Of a stretch of DNA of 64,000 nt, positions 33,450 to 43,523 are shown piece after piece; the stretch's first letter is position 1, and each line of letters opens with the position of its first letter. Origin of the DNA: Mobula hypostoma (Eukaryota); NCBI RefSeq assembly GCF_963921235.1, contig NC_086110.1, forward strand, positions 44,640,001-44,704,000, given 5' to 3'. The position numbers and the translations under genes are program-made. Below the pieces are notes generated by a model. It did no database searches, was not told the origin of the DNA, and saw only the letters and a program-made list of their open reading frames with translations.

Positions 33450-34704
33450 CTCTTTTTCTCTTTTTTTTTCTTCTCAAATCTTTTTATGTTATATTATACA
33501 AAAGAAATAACACAAGTGCATTGAAGTAACAACACTTACAATGTCTCAAACAAAAAAACATTATCTTAAAGACTGAAAAAAAAATTTTGTGAAAATAAAA
33601 AAGAACCCTACTAATCAGAAAAAGTGGGAAAGAAAAAAAAACCCATTAGGTGTACAACCCTGAATCATGCGTCATACAAAAAGCTTCTAAAAATAAACAT
33701 CAAACCGCCAGCAAGAAAGAAAAATATACCAAAAAATTTACAATAGATCGTGGAGAAAATCTATCAATTACCTCAAATGATAATAACCAGCAAATGAGCC
33801 CCATCTTTTCTCAAAATCAAATAAAGGTTCAAAGGTTCGACTTCTAATTTTCTCCAAACTAAGACATAGCATCACTTGGGAGAACCATTGTGACAAAGTG
33901 GGAGCTGATGTATCCTTCCACTTCAACAAAATGGCCCTCCTAGCTATCAATGTAACAAATGCAATAACATGTTGGTCAGGCACAGAAATACCATGAATAT
34001 TTTGAGGAATTATTCCAAAAAGCACAGTTAATTTATTAGGTTGTAGATTAATTTTAAGTGCTTTAGAAATTGTTGAAAAAACTGACTTCCAGAACTGTTC
34101 CAATATAGAACAAGACCAAAATATATGTGTCAGTGTAGCTATCTCAGTTTTACATCTATCACAATAACTATCAACATTAGAAAATATATTAGAAAGTCTC
34201 TCCTTCGTCAAATGGTAATGATGTACAATTTTAAATTGAATCAGTGAATGACCAGCAGAAATCGAAGAAGAGTTTTGCAGTTTAATTTATCGAAATTACC
34301 TTTTTAAGCCTTCTTTGAGTGATCCAATTCTTTTACTTTGGAAAAATAAAGGTATTAATTCTTTTTTGGATTTATTTAAAGAAGATAGATTGATGTCTTT
34401 TGAACAATTAATTGATAAATATTCTGTTTCATACTCACACTTTTTGCAATACCTTCAAGTTAGACATTGCTTACTAAATATTTAAGTAATTTTCCTTATA
34501 TATTGGAGACTGACCTGTTAGATACTATTATGAGTATGAACCCTTCGACGAAGGGTTCTATTGGAAGAATTTATAATTTATTATTACAATGGGATAAGCG
34601 TCCTTTATCTAAGATTAAACAGGATTGGGAAAAGGAACTCAATTTGACTTTTATGATGGAGGATTGGACACGGATTTTGAAGTTGGTTAACTCTTTTTCT
34701 CTTT
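33450..34704 (-). mobile_element. L1-clade LINE, 5'-truncated with 5' inversion
   Basis: Minus segment ~33464-34274 encodes the ORF2 C-terminal Cys/His domain (CDRCKTEIATLTHIFWSC) plus 3' UTR and an A-rich tail. Plus segment ~34275-34690 encodes the immediately upstream ORF2 stretch. TSD CTCTTTTTCTCTTT at 33450-33463 and 34691-34704. Confidence 0.88.
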
Positions 34705-35049
34705 CCACGGGTGCTGCCTGGCCTTGTGAATGTTCCCAGCAGTCTCTGTTTTGGCCCCAAAAGCTACCAGTCTAATCGTTCAGCAATTCTTTATAGATAG
34801 TAAGCTGATTCTTAGAATAACAGGTTAAGAGGAGGTTTATTAGAGTTGTTCAGAATCATGAAAAGTAAATAGGTTATTTGGAATGGAAAACTGGTCAATA
34901 ATCAGGGTTTATTCACTTAACCTCTTGGCAAAACAACTGAGGAAAGTTAATTTTTTTTAATTATATGATGACATCTACTGGTCTTGCTCATTGGGCTGAG
35001 AAATGACAAGGAGAATTTAATTCACAAACATGAGATTTTGCCTTTGGAG

Positions 35050-36312
35050 AAGTGTAGAGGGTAGACATAAGATGCTGCAACAGGTTAGCTGAGTGGTTAA
35101 AGAGGCATGTGGAATATTTTCTTTCATTAAACAGGGGTGTTATGCAGGATGCATTAGCAACACCAGCCAGAGAGCTTTACACAAATATAGTCACTGCACT
35201 GGACAGGATGCAGAGGAGATCATCAAAAGCACTGTCAACACTGGAACATTCTGGGCATGAGGACTGATTGTATTTTCCTTCAAACAGGGACGCTGGGGGA
35301 AACACACAGTTGAATTGTATAATATGACAGATCTGTGCAGAGTGAACACAAGTAGCAATTTCCTTGAGCAGAAGGTCAAAAACTCAGATCTAAAGCAATT
35401 GACCGTGGACTAGGTGGGGAAATGGTGAAATATTTTTTCACCATGAGGGCAGCAGGAGTCTGCAAATTATTGACTGAAAGGTTGGTACAGGCAGAAACCC
35501 TAATCACGTTGAAACTGTCCTTTGGATGTGTACTTGAAGAGTTGAGATTGTAGGCTGACAGATCTGGAACTGGTAGATGGGATTAGTTTGGGGTGACTCT
35601 TTCTCAACTGGCACGGACATAATGGCCTAAATGACCTCTTTCTGTGTCGTATGTTTCACACAATTGGTGAGACTGATAATAATCTGGGATTCACTGTCCA
35701 AAAAGTTCTGAGGAGAAAAACAAAGACAAACATGGGACTAATTCCATAAATACTGAATCTTTATACAGCATTTATTGGTCAGACTGCACTTGGAGTACTG
35801 TGAGCAGGTTTGGGCCCCTTATCGAAGATAGATGTACTGGCATTGGAGAGGATCCAGAGGAAGTTTACGAGAATGGTTCAGGAAAGAAAGGGTTAATGTA
35901 TGAGAAGTGTTTGATGGCTCTGGACCTGTACTCACTGACATTTAGAATCTCATTGCAACCTACCAAACATTGAAAGGCCTAGACAGAGTGGACAGGGACA
36001 GGATGTTTTCAGTATTCAGTCCAGAGGGCACTGAGGTCCTTTAAGAGAAGTAAGAAGGACTTTCTTTAGCCAAAAGGTGGTGAATCTGTGTAATTAATTG
36101 CCACAGATGGAAATAATCTCCAGTCGGATGTGGAGACCAAATTTTAAAGCAGGGGTTGATAGGCTTTTGATTAAGAAGGGTGCTAAAGTTTACAGGGAGA
36201 AGACAGGAGAATGGGGTTGAGAGGGAAAACAAATCAGCCATGTTCAAATGGCGGAGAAGACTTGATGGGCCGAATGGCAGAACTCCGCTCATGTATGTTA
36301 TGGTCTTATGAT
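35050..36312 (+). mobile_element. Cluster of degenerate CR1 3' fragments
   Basis: LVRLHLEYCEQVWAP and FFSQKVVNL remnants; (ttatggtc) tail near 36300. Confidence 0.65.
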
Positions 36313-37903
36313 TTAAGGAACGTTCTTGGGATTCCAAACTGACCTTATATAGAACACATGTTGAATCCCACCAGTAAGGATTCTATCCGAGCCACAGTAA
36401 GGAAAAACTATCAGACTGTTCCTCAGAGGTTGTCTTTCCTCCCCTGTTCTTATCCTTTTGCACACTTTCAGTATCCACAATATTGTTCTCCAGCACCTCT
36501 CTACAACTGTGCAGCTGGACAGGATCATGCCCATTCATTGCTATGCGTCCAGGGCAGCCCAAGAATCACTAGAAATTGCTTTTCTTCTTAACCCCATCAA
36601 TTCATTGTCTTTGGAATTCTTTAAGGACCTATTCTTGGCCTGCTAACATTTCTCAGCTATGTATCACTCCTCGGTGACATCTTCTTAAAATGCAGGATCA
36701 TTTCCACATGCTGGCTGATAACATCTCCTTTAGTTCGCCACTGTCTCCCTTGGCTCTTCCAGTGTCTCAAAGTTATCCAATGGGACTAGATGATTTCTCC
36801 CAGTTAATATTAGGAACACTAAAGCTGTTTAAACTCTCTTGGTGCCTGGAACACTCTGCTGGAGTGATGGGAGAGGCTGGTGCAATATGGTCCATGGATG
36901 TAAGTAAAATGGAGGGATATGGGCTGTACCGAAGGAAAGGGTTAGAATGATTGTGAATTAGATTTAGATAGGTTGGTCCACATTGTATGTCAAATGGTCC
37001 ATACTATGCTGTACTGTTCTATGTTCTCTTCCCTGAATATTGATTTCTCCCTCTCCCTAGCCAAGCTTTTAAATCATTTCTCAAAGAAAATCTTTCAGTA
37101 CAAACCTAATCATAGAGGTGACCTAACCGGTAATAAGAGATTCCCCCTCTTATATCACGCCTCTTCAGGAGCAACACTGCAAAACTGGCTAATTTTCAAA
37201 TAAAGCAGGAATACTCTCAATATAGTGCCTATTTTCTACAGGTAAATTTTTGCAAGCCTCTCCATTATTACAGTTATTTTCCCTTCAGTTTTAATGGCTC
37301 TTATTTCTGAATAAATTGGTATTTTCTTTCAACTAATGAAGAATATACCTGAACAAAGCATAATTAATGAAAAATAGCATCAATAATAATGTAGGAGTTA
37401 TGAATTATAATAATAACCTGTTTGAATTATACCTTTTATTTATGCTCAAGGGGCACACAAGTGGTTATGTGAATATATATAAATAATATAACACAGAACA
37501 CAAACATAATTAGCAATTGCCACACTTCACTACACAAAATGAATTACTTTAGAAGTATCTTAGCCAAGTTATTCCTACATAATCATACTTGTTCTATAGA
37601 GTTTCACTAGCGGTTACTGACTTCCCTAACCTCAATCATAAAACTTGATTTTTGTATTCTTGGATAAATTATATTATGTTAAACTGTGCTATTAAACAGA
37701 ATTTGCTGCCTAGAAATTCAATTATTCTTAACTGATCTCTCAGATGTTCTTACCTAACCCACATGGGTCCCGGCGAAGTATTAGAGTTTCTGTTGAGTCT
37801 GAATCTGAAGACTCATTCCTGCACAGTAGGGTTTGCCTCTCTAACTCTGCCCCAGGATCAGCTGATCTGGGCAACAGCCATTTAGCAAGGCACTGCCATC
37901 TAG

Positions 37904-39310
37904 AGCAACACACACAAAATGCAGGAGGAACTCAGCTGGCCAGGCAGCATTCATGGAAAAGAGTAAACAGTTGATGTTTCGGGATGAGACCCTTCACCAG
38001 GACCGGAAGGGAAGAGAAATCAGAGTAAGAAGGTGGGGGGCGGGGAGGAAGAACTACAAGGTGGTAGGTGATTGGTGAAACCGGAGGAGAGGGAGGGGGT
38101 AAAGTAAAGAACTGGAAAGGTAATTGGCAAGGGCACTCACATGGGTCACAGCTATATCTTGCCTTTTCATTGGTTACTTGGAACAGTCCATGTTCCAAGC
38201 TTACACAGCCATTTCTCCCCAATTCTTCCTACGCTACATCGACAACTGTATTGGTGCTGCCTCCTGCACCCATGCAGAGCTCATCAATCACATCAACTTT
38301 GCCTCCAACTTCCAGCCAGCCCTCTAATTTACCTGGTCCATTTCTGTCACCTCCCACCCCTTCCTCGATCTCTCAGTCTCCATCTCTGGAAGCAGTCTAT
38401 CTAATGATATATTTTATAAACCCACTGACTCTCACAGCTGTCTGGAACATACCACTTCCCACCCGTCACTTGTAAAAACACCATCTGCTTCTCTCAGTTC
38501 TTCTGTCTCCACCGCATCTGCTCTCAGGATGAGGCTTTCTTTTCCAGAACAACTGACATGTCCTCCTTCTTCAAAGAAGGGGGCTTCCCTTCCTCCACCA
38601 TCAACGCTGCCTTCACCCTCATCTCTTCCATTTCACGCACATCTACCCTCACCCCATCCACCTGCCACCCCACCAGGGATAGGGTTCCTCTTGTCCTCAC
38701 CTACCACTTCCAGGTGAGGCACCACTTCACGTGCGAATCTGCTGGGGTCGTATACCGTATCCGGTGCTCCTGGTGTGGCCTCCTGTATATCGGTGAGACC
38801 AACCGCAGATTAGGAGACCGCTTCACAGAGCACCTTCACTCCATCCGCCTCAGAAAGTGGGATCGCCTGGTGGCCATCTATTTCAATTCTACTTCCCATT
38901 CCCATTCCCTTCTGACGTGACAGTCCATTGCCTCCTCTGCTGTTGTGATGAGGCCACACTCAGGTTGGAGGAGCAATGTCTCATATTCCATCTGGGTAGC
39001 CTCCAAGCTTCTCTTTCTTCCATGGTCTTCTGTCTTCTCTTTCAGATACCCACTTCTCCAGCCCTTTAACTCTTTCACCAATCAACTTCCCAGCTCTTTA
39101 CTTCAGCCCTCCCCCTCTCCTGGTTTCACCTATCACCTACCACCTCGTACTTCCTCCTCCCCTCCCCTCCCCCTCCTTCTTACTCTGTCTTTTCCAGTGC
39201 TGATGAAACAACAACTGCTACTCTTTTCCATAGATACTACCAGGCTTGCTGATTTCCACCAGCATTTTATGCTTTGGATGTCCAGCACCTGCTGATTTTC
39301 TCTTGTTTGT
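37904..39310 (+). mobile_element. Penelope-like element, 5'-truncated, with inverted 5' pseudo-LTR
   Basis: Inverted terminal repeat at 37904-~38124. RT motif FLRYIDNCIG (YIDD-type). GIY-YIG endonuclease GVVYRIRCSWCGLLYIGETNRRLGDRFTEH. The 3' pLTR ends ...gattttctcttgtttg. Confidence 0.9.
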
Positions 39311-40260
39311 GACTGGGCTACTACTACTGCCATTGAAAGTCAGCACATCTAGTACAGGGGCTCCCCCTTTATCTGAAACCTTCCTTCCCTGTCCCAGTAG
39401 GGCAATGTCCACCAGCACGACTATCACTCTCCATAAAGCTTCTTGCAAACACAATTGTAGATGTTATTTTCAGCAATAGCTAGAAGCCCAGATGAGTGAG
39501 GAATAAAGGGAAGAGAGGAAAGCCTTGGTCCTCAAAACCAACATGGTGTTTGACATGGCAGCTGAGTTATGGTGCAGAGCAATCAACAAACCGTGCCTTG
39601 ATATGGACCACAAGGTAGTTTGTTGCCAATCAGACTGTATATGGACATTATAGAAGCAACGCGCTTTCCAGCAGATGAAGATCACTTGCTGAAATTTTGA
39701 CCATTTGTGGCACAACAACATCCACATACTGCCAGCTGGCCTCTTCTCAAATGGAGACAAAGTCCCCTCTCCTGCAACAAATACTTACGATGTCTCATGT
39801 ACAGCAGTGACCTGCAAATCGGGGGCATGTGGGACACATTATCTGCAGTTGTCTGCAGCGGCCCAAAGGCTCTCAGCTTCCAGACGAGCTGCTCCTCAGG
39901 CAGGATAAGATAAGAGGACTGCTCCCAGGATCAGCTGGCGGGTGGGTGGCCTGGCCAGAGCTCTCCTGCCCTTGGTCATGGCCTCCGCTGTGAGGGAGGA
40001 TTCACTTTTGGCTCTCTACTCCCATTCCTGGTCTTGCAGGAGACAGAACTAAAGATAGTGATAGTATGCAGCTTCTAGAGGTGTGAAAACAGCCAACTAC
40101 CAAGGCTTCCCTATTCCACAAACAAGAAGGGAACTCCCACCTAAAAGTGCCTGCAGAATGATGTGTTATCCTCAGTTCAGCCACAATAGAAAGTTTCTGA
40201 TCTTTCCCAACTGGAGGGTTCTACAGTAACAGCAGTACCCTTGCTTACCCTTGCCAGGAT

Positions 40261-40898
40261 ATTAGATTATTAGATTAGATTATGAGGACATACAGTCCTC
40301 TTTTATTGTCATTTAGTAATGCATGCATTAAGAAATGATACAATATTCCTCTGGTGTGATATCACAGAAACACAGGACAGACCAAGACTGAAAAACTGAC
40401 AAAAACCGCATAATTATAACATATAGTTACAACAGTGCAAGCAATACCATAACTTGATGAAGAGCAGGCCATGGACATGGTAAAAAAAAGTTCAAAGTCT
40501 CTCGAAAGTCCCACATCTCACGCAGATGGGAGAAGGAGGAAAACTCTCCCTGCCATGCCCGACCACAGTCTGACTCTGAGTCGTCCGAAAACTTCGAGCC
40601 TCCGACCAGTCCTCCGACAAGTCCTCCGACACTGAGTACCGAGCACCATCTCTGCTGAGCGCTTCAACCCCAGCCCTGGCCGCCAGCAGCAGGCAAAGCT
40701 GAGGATTTGGGGCCTTCTCTCCAGAGATTCTCGATTGCACAGTAGCAGCGGCAGCAAACTGGGCATTTCAGAAGTCTCTCCAGATGTTCCTCCATGCTTC
40801 TCACGGCTGTCTCCATCAAATCAGAATTGTGCACGGTACCCTATTTAACAAATACGATATCATTTCACCTGAGAGGCTGCGTCGCGCCGCCATCTCTT
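40261..40898 (-). mobile_element. Non-coding, non-autonomous LINE-derived element (inferred)
   Basis: Minus strand starts AAGAGATGGCGGCGCG (CpG-rich head) and ends GACAATAAAAG...(AATCT)n tail; no RT homology in between. Confidence 0.55.
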
Positions 40899-41149
40899 AT
40901 TACTGATATCTTCATATCGCATCTCATATTACTTCAGTTTGTGGACACATTTCTACAATGAACAGGAACATCCTCGACACTGGGGTTGTCATCTTGGAGG
41001 TCAGGTGAATTGCATTTCCTTTAACCCATACAAGGCCGCGGAATATCACACGTTCACAATTTATGATTTCTTTATCTCGCTGGCCTTTCCTGCATGCTCC
41101 CTTCAGTGTTACGGTGGGAGTTAAACAACACGATAATTACAATTCAGAA

Positions 41150-41405
41150 GCACACCTGGCCAATGGCACCAACATTGTGCATTCAAGAGCAGGTCAAAGG
41201 CTGGGTATCTTGCCCTGATTCATTCCCCCTCCTGATTCCCTAAAATGTGTAAGATGCAAGTCCGGGATATGCTCCGTTTGCCAAACGAGTGAAGCTCCTA
41301 AAACACTGCAGAAGCTTGGTGCAACCCAGTGTAGGGCACTCCACATAACTGACACCCAATCCTTCACCCTGCAGGTTCACCCCTCCACCACAGCACCCTG
41401 TGGCT
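41150..41405 (+). mobile_element. Ancient LINE RT C-terminal remnant
   Basis: Degenerate CKMQVR..., TLQKLGATQ..., HPLHHSTLW, resembling the KAQVRS/KLDTIQ/SLHHRR motifs of old non-LTR elements. Confidence 0.4.
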
Positions 41406-42075
41406 TCTGTTCCTTTACATTTACTTCACCCTTACACTGACTATTCAAATTTTACAGATATTATGCGCTTGGGAAGCAGCTTGCTTAATAGAAGAAACCG
41501 AACTATTAAATTTATTTTAAAAATCGTCACTTTAAAGCAGTACTACAATCCACTGTTGCAGCCAAACTTAGTTATCTTTGTCACCATGATACTAACACAA
41601 GGTAAGTGGCAGTGTGCAATTCCACACTTGATCAGCACCATAAATGACCGCACAGCACGTGTTTCTGGGAGTGCATGACTCTCCCATTTACCTTTCAATA
41701 TTGTAAAATAATATCACAAATCTCCCATTTATGCTTAATAATAAAAAATTTGGAAAGACCTAGTTACAGCACATCAGGAGTTTCATAAACAAGAGAGTTG
41801 CAAGCCATTGTGCATAAGTATAATGACAGTGTTACCTGTGCTGGTCTGCCAACACAAGGCATTCATTCATGATAATTGGATCAATTGTTACTTTGCCTAA
41901 GGTGAAGGGATTGGTATTGATCTTGGTTTACTATTTTCACAAAGATACAATGAAAAACTGTTCACACAGATCAAATTATTGCACAGTGCATTGAGCTGGA
42001 GTAAGGTAAAACAATAACAAGACAGAACAAAGTATAAAAATCCCAGTGCAGGTAAACAACATCATAATGAGGTAG

Positions 42076-42301
42076 CGCAAACAAGAGGAATTCAGCAGAT
42101 GCTGGAAATTCAAGCAACACACATCAAAGTTGCTGGTGAACGCAGCAGGCCAGGCAGCATCTCTAGGAAGAAGTACAGTCGACGTTTCAGGCCGAGACCC
42201 TTCGTCCTGACAAAGGGTCTCGGCCTGAAACGTCGACTGTACCTCTTCCTAGAGATGCTGCCTGGCCTGCTGCGTTCACCAGCAACTTTGATGTGTGTTG
42301 C
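42076..42301. mobile_element. PLE-derived fold-back element (near-perfect hairpin)
   Basis: Arms 42114-42206 and 42209-42301 are reverse complements with 2 mismatches. 14-bp TSD TCATAATGAGGTAG at 42062-42075 and 42302-42315. Confidence 0.92.
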
Positions 42302-42564
42302 TCATAATGAGGTAGATTGTGAGGCCAAGGGTCCATCTTATCTTGTAAGTCGAGTTTAAGTGCTATTGAAACTCTACAAATACCAAACAGCATTTTCCCA
42401 TCATTGTAAAAAGCAAGAACACAAAGTTTAGATCCCTCAGGCAATGAGGATGTCCAACCTATAAAATGACTATACTAACATAACAGGCTCACTGAGGCCT
42501 CTGGGAAATCCAACCCAAATTTCTGAAAGACCTATAAAGAGTGGCACATTAACACTGATTGAAG

Positions 42565-43440
42565 TAAGACCATAAGATATAGGAGTAAAATTAGACCGCT
42601 TAGTCTGTCAAGTCTGCTCACCATTCCATCTTGGGTGATCCATTTCCCTCTTAGCCCATTCTGCTGCCTTCTCCCAGTAATGCGTCATCCCCTGACTGGT
42701 CAAGAACCTACAACCCCTGCCTTAAATACACTCAATGGTGTGACCTCCACAACCACCTGTGACCAAAAATTCCACAGATTCACCATCCTCTGGCTCAAGA
42801 AATTTCTCCTCATCTCTATTCCGAATGAACGTCCCTCCACAGATTCACCATCCTCTGGCTAAAGAAATTTCTCCTCACCTCCATTCTGAATAAACGTCCC
42901 TCTATTCTGAGTCCTAGATTCTCCTACCATAGGAAACATCCTTTCCACATCCGCTCTATCTAGGCCTGTCACCGTTCAATAGGTTTCAATGAGATCCCTC
43001 CTCATTTTCCTAAATTCCAGTGAGTACAGGCCCAGAGCTATCAATCACTCCTCATACAATAAGCCTTTCATTCTCATGAACCTCTCCTGAACCCTCTCCA
43101 ACATAAGCACATCCTTTCTTAAATAAGGAGCCCAAAACTGCTCATAATACTCCAAGTGAGGCTTGAACAGTGCCTTACAAGGCCTCAGCTTTACGTCTTT
43201 GCTTTTATATTCTAGTCCTCTCGAAATGAATGCTAACATTACATTTGCCTTCCTCACTGCCAACTCAACCTGCCAGTTAACCTTGAAGGAATCCTGGAAT
43301 CCTGCACAAGGACTCCCAAGTCCCTTTACACCACAGATTTTTGAATTTCCTCCTCATTTAGAAAATAGGCTATGCTTTTATTCCGTCAACCGAAATGCAT
43401 GACTTGCCCATTCTCCAAATCTGTTTAAGTCCATCTGCAG
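42565..43440 (-). mobile_element. CR1 LINE 3' fragment, degenerate
   Basis: KANVMLAFISRGLEYKS...PHLEYYEQFWAP; contains a 65-bp tandem duplication at 42771-42900. Confidence 0.85.
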
Positions 43441-43523
43441 CCCCCCTACACAATCAGGAAAAGCTCTCTGGAGAATCAACCCCATGAATCAACACCAATG
43501 CCATTGTCTATATTTAATGTATT

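Noticed and set aside
42076-42301. Interpretation as a DNA-transposon MITE or a pre-miRNA gene
   Set aside because: The arms are Penelope pLTR sequence, the ends are asymmetric (38-nt tail), and TSD lengths differ between copies (14 vs 10 bp), which fits retrotransposition.
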